64,000 nt of DNA, taken from contig CAVRAL010000005.1 of the NCBI GenBank assembly GCA_963719085.1, positions 32,001-96,000 on the forward strand, written 5' to 3'. Of the stretch, positions 1-13,890 are shown one piece after another. Each line of letters opens with the position of its first letter. Position 1 is the stretch's first letter. A program made the position numbers and the translations under genes. This stretch comes from a candidate division FCPU426 bacterium (GTDB lineage: Bacteria; Oederibacteriota; Muellerivitia; Muellerivitales; Muellerivitaceae). The notes under the pieces are model-generated. The model saw only the letters and a list, made by a program, of their open reading frames with translations, was not told the DNA's origin and did no database searches.

Positions 1-293
1 CCATCAAGAGAAGTTTGGAAAATACGACCGGTTGATCCTACAACACCAATATATACCATGTTTAACATAGAAACATTATTAATAAGTGCGCTTGGATTTG
101 GCAAACCTTATAGCCCAGCAGTTATAACAGTTATTGGTTTTTTCGTAAATTTTTGGATATCATTAATTTTTCCAGGTGTTATGGATTGGAATGAAAAGAC
201 ATTATCGGTGCTTGTTGTTCTCGCATTATCCTGTCAATTTTTTTGGTCACGTGTTTGTCAAATTTATCGGAGATATTTTAATTAGATTGTGTT
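1..293. repeat. Direct repeat copy 1 (partner 2889-3253), probable degenerate gene fragment on the minus strand
   Basis: Near-identical to 2889-3253; copy 2 has ~70 extra bases at ~3113-3185. Confidence 0.85.
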
Positions 294-651
294 ATGTATG
301 CCATACTTTTATTGTTAAAAATTATGCTATATATGTTCTTATGTAGTGTTATGTGGTAGTTCATATATTTTTATTCGCTTTCTGATACATATGTTCTTGT
401 TATTTTCCTTCTTGTTCAGTTGGTATTTTCCTTTCGTTTTTCTTTTGTCTCTTCTTCGTATACATGTCACAGCTTGGACTTCTCCCTTTCTCTATATCAC
501 ATATGTTAGAACTTTTCCTTTCTTTCTCTATATGTCATCTTTTGAAATCTTCTTATTCCATTTTATTCTTCATCTCCTCATTCTTCTAACACAAATGATG
601 CTGAACTTATTCTTGAACTTCGTCGTGAAATCACTTGATGTCGTTCCTTAT

Positions 652-2061
652 TAAGGTAGAAAAACTGCAAAATTACAGTGGATTTTTCTTTTCGTTTATT
701 TATATATGGTTTGATAGAGCGTGAAAAGCTGATCACGAATATATATATTTTATTTCGATTTGATCGCTATTTGGCTGAAAAACGTTAAACAAGTTGAACG
801 ACTACAAATGTCGTATATGCAGCTAAAACTCGTTTCTTTTACAGAAATTGTTAAATTTCAGGGTCATTTATTTTGTTAAACTTTTTTTAAATATTATATT
901 CTGAATCAGCATGAAAAACTGAATTAGAAAATGCTATTTGATTAGACTCAAAGCTAAAAAAAGTTTAAAAAATTCGGTCCAGTATAAATACCTCGACATG
1001 CTCAAAAGTGACTAACCGTGTAAACCTATCTAGTTTTTTGTAATAAGAGATAAAAACAACTATCATATCTCGTTAGAATCGTCAGATCGTGGGCTACAAA
1101 AGTACCTATTTAGTTTTCTTAAATTTTTTTTAATGTTGAGAAAATTAAAGTTTTTTCATATTTGGTGGCAAAATCAAGTGAAAAGACGAAAAATGCGTTA
1201 GTTTTTGGGAAAATCCAATACCATAGCTCAGTAGAAATGAAAAATAAATAAGATATTCAGAATCAGCGTAAAAAACTACGTCGAATCACATATGTTTCAA
1301 AAAAAAAGAAATTTTATGAAATTTCAGCCTGTGGGGGACCCCAGGCAAAATCTTTACGAAATTCTGCTGAGGGGGAGTACAGGTCATTTTTGCGATGGAA
1401 ATATTTTTGCCTAAAGAATATGTGATTCGACGTAGTTTTTTACGCTGATTCTGAATATCTTATTTATTTTTCATTTCTACTGAGCTATGGTATTGGATTT
1501 TCCCAAAAACTAACGCATTTTTCGTCTTTTCACTTGATTTTGCCACCAAATATGAAAAAACTTTAATTTTCTCAACATTAAAAAAAATTTAAGAAAACTA
1601 AATAGGTACTTTTGTAGCCCACGATCTGACGATTCTAACGAGATATGATAGTTGTTTCTATCTCTTATTACAAAAAACTAGATAGGTTTACACGGTTAGT
1701 CACTTTTGAGCATGTCGAGGTATTTATACTGGACCGAATTTTTTAAACTTTTTTTAGCTTTGAGTCTAATCAAATAGCATTTTCTAATTCAGTTTTTCAT
1801 GCTGATTCAGAATATAATATTTAAAAAAAGTTTAACAAAATAAATGACCCTGAAATTTAACAATTTCTGTAAAAGAAACGAGTTTTAGCTGCATATACGA
1901 CATTTGTAGTCGTTCAACTTGTTTAACATTTTTCTCAGCCAAATAGCGATCAAATCGAAATAAAATATATATATTCGTGATCAGCTTTTCACGCTCTATC
2001 AAACCATATATAAATAAACGAAAAGAAAAATCCACTGTAATTTTGCAGTTTTTCTACCTTA
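652..2061. mobile_element. Foldback / long-TIR non-autonomous DNA transposon (arms ~652-1293 and ~1418-2061, spacer ~124 bp)
   Basis: taaggtagaaaaactgcaaaattacagtgga... is the reverse complement of ...tccactgtaattttgcagtttttctacctta over ~640 bp with a few differences; no transposase ORF. Confidence 0.85.
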
Positions 2062-2198
2062 TTTATGCTGTAGATTTGTTTTTGGAGTTGAAAAAAACAA
2101 CAGTCACTCACTTTGTGAATCAATTTGGTCTTTCTATTGTTACAGAATGCTATCTATGTAAGAAGAAATAAGTACATCTATTTGTTTTATCAAATAAA

Positions 2199-2860
2199 CC
2201 AAATACGGATTCCGGTTCTCATAGTATAGCTCCGTATACGCGAGATTGTATACGGAACGTGTGTATGACCTCCGTATATCTCCGTTTCTCTCGGTAAACG
2301 GTCGTTTACGAGCCTGCCTGTTCGACCTGGGTATACATATATAGATATATAATTGTTTATTTCTCACGGTCAATGCCACTTATAACTAATTCGTCCCCAA
2401 CCAGTTAAAAAAACGATTAAAAAAAAATTTGTCCATTCTGCCGCGGACGAAAGTCGTCAGCGGGTATGAAAATTTTTTATGACTTCAGGAAAAATAATTT
2501 ATTCTTCGGCAATAGACAAAGAGAATAGAACAGTAAGTATTTTAATCTATTTTTTATTTATTTTAGGTCATTTCCAGTCAACAGTTTAACGAATAGTGAG
2601 TATTTTTTTTAAATTTATTTAATTTATTTTTTCTTTTAGATTGTTTTTTTTATGGATGAATTCGATCGTATGGAAAGGGTAGGGAGAGAGGCAGAGTCAG
2701 ATATAGAACCGGTCTCGTGCCCGGTCTGATAAAATGGCTTGTGGTTCCAGTACGGTAAAAGTCACGATCTGTGTACCGTGGTTTACCTGCATACGCTCGT
2801 TTACGACCGTATACAGGACAAATACGGTCGTATACGGAGTCCGTAACAGGCGATCTGGGT
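2199..2860. repeat. Two degenerate TACGG/CCGTA-rich repeat ends (~2199-2332 and ~2745-2860), both ending cga(c/t)ctgggt; probable MITE fragments
   Basis: Local clusters of tacgg/ccgta motifs in an AT-rich background and a shared terminus. Confidence 0.45.
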
Positions 2861-2888
2861 TGCACTTATTATCACATCAACTCTTTTT

Positions 2889-3253
2889 CCACCAAGAGAA
2901 GTTTGGAAAATACGACCGGTTGATCCTACAACACCAATATATACCATGCTTAATATAGAAGCATCATTAATAAGTGCGCTTGGGTTTGGCAAACCTTATA
3001 GCTCAGCAGTTATAACAGTTATTGGTTTTTTCGTAAATTTTTGGATATCATTAGTTTTTCCAGGTGTTATGGATTGGAATGAAAAGACATTATCGGTGCT
3101 TGTTGTTCTTGCATTTCATTTAAAAAATTTTTTGAATTCTCTTCTTTGTTAATATTTCATTCTTTATTGCACTTACTGTATGAATTATCCTGTCAATTTT
3201 TTTGGCCACGTGTTTGTCAAATTTATCGGAGATATTTTAATTAGATTGTGTTA
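2889..3253. repeat. Direct repeat copy 2 (partner 1-293)
   Basis: Aligns by eye to 1-293; ORF-track peptides 58..285 and 2946..3152 are nearly identical. Confidence 0.85.
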
Positions 3254-3644
3254 ACCAATACGATATGTTAGAATAACACATGTCACTGTTAATTGTTAAT
3301 AAATATCTTAGAATGTTGGCAACTCACATTCATTTTGTGCATGTCTGCTAGTAAACCAATGATAAAATATTGAACTATTTTTAAAAAGAAGTATCCGCGA
3401 ATTCTCTTCATCAATTATATACAAGAAATTTTCTTAGTTTTTCCCATCGATTTTAGTCTCTTATGTAATAAATTTTATTCGTAACTTCGGTTTCTATGAA
3501 CAAATTTTACGAGCATCGCTTCTGATTACCAATATCATGTTGAGAAAAAATCAATCTTACCTGATTATTAAAATAGTATTTCGTGAAGTTACTTTTTCAA
3601 TTGTTATAATCTTTTTTGACTATTACTAAACTACTGCTTATAAT

Positions 3645-3723
3645 TAGGGATGCAACGGTGACGGTGAGCCACCGGTCTCACCGGTCTATCGGTGGACCGG
3701 TGACCGTCACCGTTGCATGCCTA
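3645..3723. mobile_element. hAT-type MITE, 79 bp
   Basis: TIR tagggatgcaacggtgacggt...accgtcaccgttgcatgccta; perfect 8-bp TSD cttataat at 3637-3644 and 3724-3731. Confidence 0.9.
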
Positions 3724-4214
3724 CTTATAATGGTTACAAAAAAATTAGAAGGGAGCCGTACAAGGTCGGAACTATAGAAAGATAAGATACAGCTGATAGT
3801 TTCAACATTATTGGTAAACTCCATCAGTCTGACTTAGAAATTGCTGATGAAATACGTCATATAACAACAGATGTCTAGATTCAACTACAAATGACATTGG
3901 ATAGAGCTATTATAAGCAAGAATCATAGATCTTGATCAAGAAAAGAGTAGCTCCACCACTTGTAAAGATTATCTGATAAATATCAAGATATTCGAAACTT
4001 TAATTTGTTATTGAATATAATTAGAAGATAAAACACCCAATTCACAGTTAAGAATATATTCATTTAATAATCTTCTTTTTCTACAAGAATAAATTCACAT
4101 ATAACAAAGATACACACAACACACACAATTAACTAGAGAATTAGGAAGACGAAAATACATAGAAATAATAATGTACAGAGACAAAAAAGGGTTAATGTTC
4201 ACTGATCAACAATT

Positions 4215-7200
4215 TTACACGCGAAATCGTCTAAAAACAAAGAAAAATGTAATTATAAAATAAATTAATGAGTGATTAATTTACTTAGGTGCAACAGCCG
4301 GACCCTGGCGGGACGAAGGTGATTGTGTATTTGTCTAAAAAATAAAAAATTAATTTAATTTTAAAATAAATATAATTTACTTCTTGAAGAATTCGTTCTT
4401 CACTTTGACATCGTTTATGTAATATTAATGGATCTGGTGGTGATGTACATGTTAATCGTTCAACATCATTAAAAATGACATTAACACCTCCAGTACTTGA
4501 TTGAAGAACATCACCCTAATAAATCAAAAAAATAAATTTATATTTAAAGTAAAAGAATAATTTACTTTAACAAAATCAGTAACAATTTCGCCTTGTGCAT
4601 CAAGATTTTGATGTGTTAAAACATATTTTGTTGTTCGCACTATTTCATTTTTAGCTGGTGCTTGTTGAGTAGACACTTTTTTATGAAATTTTGGTTGAAG
4701 AAGAGTCTCTAGATTAAACCAAAACATTTATTTTACAAGAATAACTATCTCTTTACCTGTTTGAATTGTTCCTTGTGGTCTATGTTCAAGCCACACTTCA
4801 CGTTAATGAACGTGATCTTCGATGTTGTTGTCTTGGATGACCAACAAGAACATGTCCATTAGTATTTTCAATATTCATTGGTTCAGTATTTGGAATATTC
4901 GGACGACGATGAGGACTTGTATTTTTTGATGTTGGTGTTTTACAATTTTGAGATATAATCATTTCAACACGATGATATTGTTGTTGTTGATTTTGATAAA
5001 CATGATCCATTGGACTTCTAGAAAAAATAATCTCATCATAAAATGTTTTTGTTTTTAAAAATATTCTTTACTCGATATTAACATGTGATGATGGTGATTT
5101 AATTGGAATTAAAAATTGTTCATTTGTAATGTTATTATTTGCAGCCATTGATCGAATAATATTTAATTTATCATCATGTTGTCGTTCAAGTTCACGCATT
5201 TGAATTTCTTTATTTTTTATTTCATTAATCTTAAGAAAAAAAAGTTGAAATAAGATTTTTAAATAAATAAATGATTTACATATTGTTGTTCAATTTCATT
5301 TAATTTTAATTTTTAATTTATTTTCAAAATCAATTTTATCTTTTCGTCGTTCAGATTTTAAAGATTTTATTTCATTATTTCGTTCTTCAATTTGAGATTT
5401 TAATGTTTTATTTTCACGTTCAATTTGATTTGTTGTTTTATATAAATCATTTTGAGATTTTTCTAATAATTTAATACGTGTTTGTAAATGACGAATTGTT
5501 TTTGTTTGTTGATCATTTTCTTTTGATAAATCATCATGATCAGATATTGTTGAATCATAATCAGATGCTAATTCAAGTGTAAATTTACGTAAATAATTCT
5601 TGTTGTTCTTGAATAAGCTATTAATGAACAAAGAAAATAAATTAGATTATAAGAAAAATAAAGATTTTTACCATATTAAATCGTTGTCGTTCATCCATAC
5701 GTCGTCGTAAATGTTCTTGAAGAATTAAAATAGCTTCATCATCACCAGCTCCATCCAATAGAGAATATTCAAGTGATGGAAATGGAGCAATTAATGCTTG
5801 AGCACTAGAATGAGAAATAAAAAGTTTTTTCAATAAAATATTCTCTTATTTACTTGAATTCAGTAAAAAGAATTGGTTGTGCATTTTGTTGTTGTTGATT
5901 ATCAATTTCACGTAAAGCCCCAACACGAGTGAATTTTGGTGGAACTGGTGGAGGTGGAGGTGGTAAAGCACGTGGTACCATAACATCTTTAGTTAATTCA
6001 CCAAATTTAAGTGCATGCTAAAAGTACAATTATTCAAATAAATAAAAATAATAAAATAAATATTTACTTGAATTTCTTCATAACCATCCACAGTTGGATT
6101 AACACAAAGAATCATTCGTATTCGACCTTCACCATCAAAATAACTTTTAAAAAATGATGTTAATTTTGATTCACGATATGGTACCATCTATATAATAAAA
6201 TCTTGTATTTTTTTCAATTAGAAAAAAGAAATAAAGTTTACCTTGCTTGTACCTTGTGCTTGATTTTCTCGTAAAGTTTCAAAACATTGTCGAAGAACCA
6301 TTAATGATGAATTAATATTACCTAAATCAAAATTTGAATCAATCACGAAATTTCAAATAATTCACTTACTTGCTTCTTTAACTCGTTCACCAACAGTTTT
6401 AGCTCGATTAACACGTTCACTTCCAGCTAAATCAACTAAATGAATTGTACTAATTGTTAAATCATCTTTTGTCTATTATAAAAAAAAAACAATATTTTAT
6501 AAAAATATAAAAAATAAAACATACAAGTGATGTTGGTGGAATATCATTATGAAATTGAACAAGACGCATTGATAGAACACTATGTGATCGACTTGATTCA
6601 GTATTAATTGTGTATGAGCAATACGACGTCGTTTTAAACCCATATTAAGTAATTCAATTGCTTCTTCACTTGATACGTACTTCAATTTCTTTAACATCTT
6701 TTATATATGGTCGACCACGATTATCTTCACGTAATTGTTTCGATTGTGGTGCTCTAAAAAACAAAAAGATTTATTTCCTTGTTTAAAATATATCTAATCT
6801 TACTTATTAAGAATATCATCATCGAATAAATCATAAATATAATTATTATAAATTTCAACAAATGTAACAAAGACAAAATATGAACAATTTTCATTTAATT
6901 GTGGATTCCATAATGATGTCGTATCTAATGTACGACCATTTGATGAATCAGGAATTCTATATAATGATATTATTTGAATTATAAAAATGATGAAAGAGTT
7001 TATCTTACTTTCCACGTTGATTATTACCATTTCTAGCCATTTGAATTTCTTTTCGTTGTCGTTCAAGTAAAATATCAGCTTCACTTTGAATTTCATAACC
7101 ATTTTGACGATCAGAACGAAGAAGCTAAAACAAATCAATATAAAGAAAACATCAAAAATTCGAATCAAACTCACATATTTCTTTCCAAGATGTGATCCAA

Positions 7201-7841
7201 TTGAATTAAAAATAACATCAAATGAACGTGGAATTAAACCAGGATTATTCAATGGTCCCATCATTGTATAAGTTTTTCCTGAACCTGTAATTCCATATGT
7301 AAATAATACACCTAAATTTTTTCATAAATAGAATTAAATGTTTACTTTAAGAAATAAAAACAACATACTGTTTTTTCCTTGAATAAGATCATCAAGGAGA
7401 GGTATAGCTAATTCTTTAAAAGCAGCTGATTGTGAAACATCATCAGTAAGAATATGAGTAAATTCATAACGAGACTAAACAAAAAAAATTTTAATAGGAT
7501 AAAAGTATCAAAGACGAAATGACTTACTTCTCTAATTTGTCCATTTTTAGCATTCTAGAAAAAATATAATCAAGTATTCGAATAATGAACTATTAAAATA
7601 AATCCTGACCTCAGATGAGAAGAGAGTGAGTTCTGTTGAACTTGAAACTTTGAACATGATGATGAATTATCTGTTTCTTGATCATTATTATTATCTTTTG
7701 GTGGTCGTAAACGACAGAAGACCTTTGTTAAAATAAATAAAAATAATTAATTATCAAAATTCGATAGAAATTATTCACTTCAACAGGACAACCACCACCA
7801 TTGGCAAGTAAATCTCGCGAGCCAAGATGTGTTTTCTTCAT
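4215..7841 (-). pseudogene. KIF23: Kinesin-6 KIF23/MKLP1-like multi-exon gene with at least 5 frameshifts as assembled (pseudogene or consensus errors)
   Basis: Exons give VFCRLRP, GITGSGKTYT, the kinesin-6 insert [43 protein letters not shown], a coiled coil, RRSRS, and the MKLP1 tail KYVLTHQNLDAQGEIVTDFVK|GDV; short GT-AG introns; start codon uncertain. Confidence 0.88.
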
Positions 7842-9059
7842 TGGAGTGCGTGATATTATTAAAATCAAAACAATTTATATAGACGAAAAGAAACAAAAGG
7901 AAAATAAAAGTTCGAATAAAGAATGGAGAAAATTGGTCGAGGTACTATATCTATATTGATCGTGATCGTCAGTCATAAGTGATCGAAGAACGTATCTATT
8001 GGTTAATTCATACAAAAGACAAAACGTCATTACTATATATCAATTATGCTCTGTTTCAGAGAATATAATGAAGAAAACTATATTCAAACTTAAAATATAT
8101 AACATGCGACTGTCGTAAAACCCAATCTGGAATAATTACTTAATAGATGTCGTCGCTAATAACAACTTTTTTTTTAACCATCTTTCTCATAAAGTACTTA
8201 ACCAGGGTCACAACATCTCCTGATTTTTTAGACTTTTCTTCTGATAAAAAATCTTCTGGATCTAAAACTGCTTTTTAATGTTTTCTCCTAATTTTTATTC
8301 TTTTCATTCTCGATTTTGAAAATTGAAATCGAGTTTCACTTGTTAAATTTGTCACAGTCATTCATTGGACATTGTGCAGAACAAAGCGTTGATGGACAGA
8401 AAACACCAGGCTCAAACCCTTTGAACAGGAGTATCGCTCTAAAATTTTTATAGTGCCTGGAACATTTGCGTACATAATCTACCGATCAGATTTTTTAGTT
8501 GTTTTCGAGCTTCGTTATCAATTTGACAAATTGTATCAATTGAAGTTACCGTAACGGATATAGCTCAACAAACTCCAGGAATCGAATAACGATAAAAACG
8601 CTGTGTAATCTCTCTGACTTAAATACTTACTGTAGCATGCACAGCCTACATCAAAACTAAGCAGTGTCAATAAAGAAGCACTGGCTCCTAATGTCACGGA
8701 TTTTTCCTCACCAGTTCTTACTTGAAAATGGATTATCATGAGCAAACTAGTTATCGGTCTGAAATTCGTGATAGGCTGGTTCAAAATCAACTCCAGCTAA
8801 CCTAGCCGAGGTTAACAGAGCCCGACTTATGAGTCAACTCATCAAAATAGAGAAACCATGGGATGATATTGGCCGAGCATCTTATGTGATATGCACTCAT
8901 CATTCGAGTAGGTAGTCGAAAAAAATGTCTGCACGCAACTTTTGTGATCAGTTGACCATTTTAAAAAATGTCTTTCAATGTGTTTTGTTCCAGGGGCACT
9001 TTTCAGAAAGAAAGTTTTAAAGAAATACGAAAAGAAAACGCAATTATATATTTGTTGAC

Positions 9060-9169
9060 TAGGGATGCAACGGTGACGGTGAGCCACCGGTCACCGGTTC
9101 ACCGATCCACCGGTCTCACCGGTCTATCGGTGGACCGGTGGACCGGTGACCGTCACCGTTGCATGCCTA
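9060..9169. mobile_element. hAT-type MITE, 110 bp, same family as 3645-3723
   Basis: Same TIRs; perfect 8-bp TSD ttgttgac at 9052-9059 and 9170-9177. Confidence 0.9.
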
Positions 9170-9769
9170 TTGTTGACCTTTTCCTATTCGAGTTTGACCA
9201 ATTTAACTCCACGCACGTTATCTTTCTTTTTTTTCTATAGCTATTGCTATTGTCTGCTCTTCAATATATATCTTCCGACAATCAGAATTTTCTCGTTTTT
9301 CTTTTAGATTTTATAGAACAACCCAATTCTTCATTGGTGATCAAAATCATTTCTCAAACAGAACACAGACAAGAAGTTCTTCTCTTTATTCAAAGAATTT
9401 TCTCTTCAAATTCAGTCTAAGATCAAATGCATGCCGATAAAAGACAACAATCCTAGCGGACACTGTGAATTCTAGCCGCGTTTATATTTTGTTACTTTCT
9501 TACAAGGCGTCGTCGAAACATGAAGAACAATAACCGTCTCACTTGTCTTTAGTGCGCTTCCTATCTTGATGGAGGGTTCACTCGAGTGAAACGGTCAACT
9601 AAGGAAAGATATATATATATATATATGTATATTTGTCGTTCGTCCATTTATCTTCAGACTAATAAAACAAGCACGACGTTCATTGTTGTTGTTATTCAGC
9701 TCGATATAAGAGGAAGAAGGAAGGCGTTCAACTGTGTACATCTAATTTTCGTTCATGAGAGAAAGAACA

Positions 9770-10997
9770 ATGTCGACCACCTTCGAATCACTCTGCAACG
9801 ACGTTCTCATGATCATCTTCGAGTATATCGGCGAAGTGAATCTCCTCCTCGACGGTTTTCTCAACCTGAACCAACGGCTGAACTCTGTTCTTTTCGACCA
9901 CCGCCTTCGCACATTCTGGCTGATCATTGCCAGTGACAGTGGTGCTGAGAAGCGAGATATACACTGTCTGAAACAACATCTCCGCTCACTCTGGCTAATT
10001 CAGAAGAACTGGTCACCTTCGTTATTTATTACGACGGTGCGTCTGCCCTCTCTTTGCCACCTGGTCATCTATGGACTCAACTTCGATAGTGTCAAGCTAT
10101 TATTTGCCAAAGCTGAGGATCACTACCCGAATCTAAAGTATTTAGTTGTGAACAACGCAGGTGAGTAGCCGAGACTCTCTCCCATTTTTAACTTAGTTCG
10201 AACCCAGCTCTTTCTCCATAGGTTACACGACAGAATACAAAGATTACTCCGAAACCGGCGCCGCCCTCTCAACTATCGTGTCCAATGCTCTTCAGCTAAA
10301 ATCACTGGCGTCACTTGAACTCACAGTTTACCGCAATCCATGCATTCTGAATATACCTGTCTTGGAACAACAGCAACAGCAATTCACTCTCCAGTACTTG
10401 ACTCTGACGGACCGATTCAAGATCGATAATCTCTTTCTCCTCTGCCAACAGCTACCTTTTCTCAAGCGACTCCAGCTGCGAGCTCAGCTGGGAGACGATG
10501 TATCTAATAATTTTACTCATATTCGTTCCGTGTTTTCGCTGAAGTGCAAGGTAAAACTGAACCTTGAACTAGTCTGGTTGAAGGCGCAGTTCAATCTACT
10601 CACACTGCTCCTTACGAACATGCCGAATCTCTACGACCTATACATTTTTGGCACTACTGCTCTTGACACTGTTCTTCTGATGAAGAAGTACCTTAGTGCA
10701 TACTACTGGAATGACACGCTGCTGGCACAGTTACCACGACTGAGAAAGCTAAAAGTGGATCTGAAGGCATATGGTATGTTGCTGCCTGCTGATGAAGAAA
10801 TGCTCGAACGGGAAATCATCGCTCCGTTTCGAAACGAACAGGAAAAATACCAGAAATTTCTTCTACGATTGTACCCTCGTTGTCTGGGAGAAGGTTATTT
10901 AAGCTACCTTCATTTACAATCTCAACAGAAGACTACTACAACTGGAAGAGACAGCTGGGTTGACGGCGACTACGTGCCAGATATATATATCGGATAA
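9770..10997 (+). CDS. F-box-like / LRR-like protein, two exons (intron 10161-10221)
   Basis: N-terminus FESLCNDVLMIIFEYI..GFLNLNQRLN resembles the F-box-like family expanded in bdelloids; removing the gtgag...atag intron joins ORFs 9755..10168 and 10278..10997 in frame. Confidence 0.75.
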
Positions 10998-12138
10998 ATG
11001 TAGTAGCTTTGTAGTGGTATAATTTCTAATAAAAATCAGCAAGAAAACTGTAGTAGTCTGAACTAGTAAAACAGAGAAAATGGTCTAGAGCTCAAGAAGA
11101 CCGCCACAGAAATATTTTTCTCCTTTTACTCTCTGCAAAATAAGTAGTACTGCTTGACATTCAACCTTTCTGATCTGAGAACCAAACTCACTTGATCAGC
11201 GACATAGATTTTAAACGAATGTACTGTTCTCTGGATCTTTATTTCATGATTAACATAAGTGGTTTCAAAAAACACATGGTTTGCAACCATGGCGAATAGG
11301 AACTAAAGCAAACGCTTGTGCTGTGTGGCTATTATTCGGGTGTGAAAAATAAGAATGTGTCGTACAATCGATGCCCACATGAGCAAGACAATGATTGTCT
11401 GCGCTCGACATTAAAGAAAACGAAATGTGAGGTGAGAACCCATGAGTTCGGAGGACGACTGAAAATTAGACAACAACTGCCACTGCTCAAATTTTTCGAA
11501 GCTAAACCAGGAACTTGCTTTCTAATCAACATTTTCTCACTCGATGGACGTATATGGGCCAATGAAGCGAATTCATGCCACAACAGAGACCGTCAGGACG
11601 ACGTTTTTTCTGTCCCGTCCCGTCCCATTTCTCGCAGGAAATTTTCTTGTCACATCGAGATCAATCATCACTTTTTGCTAACACATTGCCTCTCTACTTG
11701 GTTATTGTTTCCTCATTGAAGTCAAATCTTATCATTCATTTTCACACACAACCTGCACAAAAAAAAACTTGTCAATCATTGCAGGAGAAAAGACCATGAC
11801 TTTATATTCCGGGCACATCGAAGAAGATCATTTTCGAGTGAAGCTAATCGAAGGAGCACGGCGCTGTCCACTTCAGATAATGAAGAATCTATCTAGAAAT
11901 AAAATATAAGAAGAATTTTTACTAGCATTATTTAAGTGGATGGACAAAGCTAAATATCACAGATGTTTAACAGCAATAATATCAGTATTCTATTCCTCCT
12001 CCTGTATTAATAGTCATAAGACGTATTTATACATTTCTTTTCTTTCTATAATAAAAGAGCACGTGCACATACACGTGACTTTTTTCTCAATAAATAGTTG
12101 ATAAATAATAATCGATTATTTATTTTCCTCAACGAAAA

Positions 12139-13890
12139 ATGAAAAAGAGCTCAAAATGTTTTATGGATCCAAAGGAAAAATTGGTTAGTCATGAAGCACT
12201 TGAAGAATACAATAAGCAAATACGAAAAAAAAATAATTCTGGTGAAAAACGTTCACCACCACCTGATGATGATGGCATTAACGTGATTAGCATGGATAGT
12301 AATAGTTACCAACTGTCAACACCACAAGAAAAGAAGAAACCAAAGATAAATAGAGATTTATTATTAGTGAATAATTCTCGAAGTGGTAATCAAGGATTGG
12401 TACAACATCAGGCATCAAATGGATATAATAGCAGTAATGTGCAACAAGATGTAATTAATATATCGAACCAAGCACTATCATTTACAATTGAAAATAATTT
12501 CGCACCAGTGAAAATTGAATGCTCACCCCCTTTCCAACATCGTGAAGAAGCAAAAAGATTTATTGTGAATTTTTTCAAGGTTATAAACAATGAATTTCGC
12601 AAAGAATATCCAAAGAATCAATAACCGTTAGGTTTCCATCATTGGTGGATAGATACAGGTGGTAAAACATTATATGGTGTCACGAATGATGTCGATCTTT
12701 ATATCTATTTATGTGAAATCAAAAATTATCGGAACGAATCGACAATATCAAAATCGAACCAAATCCACCGAATCGACTTCCACCCCAAAACACAGTCATT
12801 ATTAAATTTGTATCAAATGAGATATGTAAAGAAGATATATCAAATGAGATCAAAAATTAAATATCATCAAGATTTGTAGTCGACGATATGATGGAAAAAA
12901 TGAGATCAAATAGTCGACATATCAGACTAGCATTGTATCAAAAGGATGACTATATTAAAATTATAAATGATGGTAAAATTGCATTACAAGGACAAATATT
13001 CGAAGTAGAAGAATATCTTCCGCCTCCAAAAATACTCATATGTTTTAAATACAATAAACCTGGTCATGTGAAGAAAACATGTGAATCACCTGTTGAATTA
13101 TGTCGAAGATGTGGCGAAAACAGAAATGATGGTAATAAACATAGTGAATGTAGTATCAAGTGTCGCCATTGTGACGGTGATCATATAGCGACAGACTGTA
13201 AATGTCCCTTGATATTAAAATTTCGGCAAGAACTACTTAATCGATTAAAACTGATCGAAATAAATTACCACCAAATATTAAACTTTTTATTCCGGTCGAC
13301 TGCAGAACGACGGGTGATCGAAATAGATACTTAACTCCTGTGAACAACAACGAAATTCAAAATCTTGTTCCATCTCAGCCTCCAATTATGAATCCATGGT
13401 TTGACAAACAATGCACAAACAATGAAACATCGTCTACAACTGACGCTGGTCAAATAGTGAAGGTCTTGCAAATGAGTTGCAGGAATGTAAAAAGAAGTTT
13501 GAGATTGAATATGTGAAAATCAAAAGTTCCTACGATACGCTAATGAAATCAATTCAGCAAGCATGGCTCATGTTGCAATAACAGGTTCAAGCACAAAACC
13601 AATATTTGTCACTCATGTCAACGATGATCAAGGACAATGTAGTAGCAATGAACCAACTATATAACACCGATAATAACGACATTCAATGAAATTATCAAAA
13701 TAAAGCTTGATGGAATAGACAGAAATAAAATAGAAATGTCTCAAACACTTATCAATTCGACATTAAACCATATGAAGAATTTAAATGATTCATATATTAA
13801 ACATGAGCAAAATCTAACAATGATCATGAATAAACAGGTGACAGTGTTTGAAACGGCAATGGACTCCTTCTTTCCGCCGATTAATGTGAA
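12139..13890 (+). pseudogene. Degenerate gag-like ORF1 of a non-LTR retrotransposon
   Basis: Three zinc-knuckle-like motifs (CFKYNKPGHVKKTC, CRRCG..H..C, CRHCDGDH....C); stops and frameshifts; no ORF2 follows. Confidence 0.7.

Noticed and set aside
346..654. Phe/Leu-rich 102-aa ORF
   Set aside because: Low-complexity T-rich strand artefact with no domain.
3113..3185. Precise intron loss in repeat copy 1
   Set aside because: The missing segment includes a gtaagt-like site, but the breakpoints fall at an aat microhomology rather than at splice sites.
8451..9001. Possible Tc1/mariner-like element (agtgcc..tggaaca ends)
   Set aside because: The inverted match is short and gapped, with no TSD or transposase.
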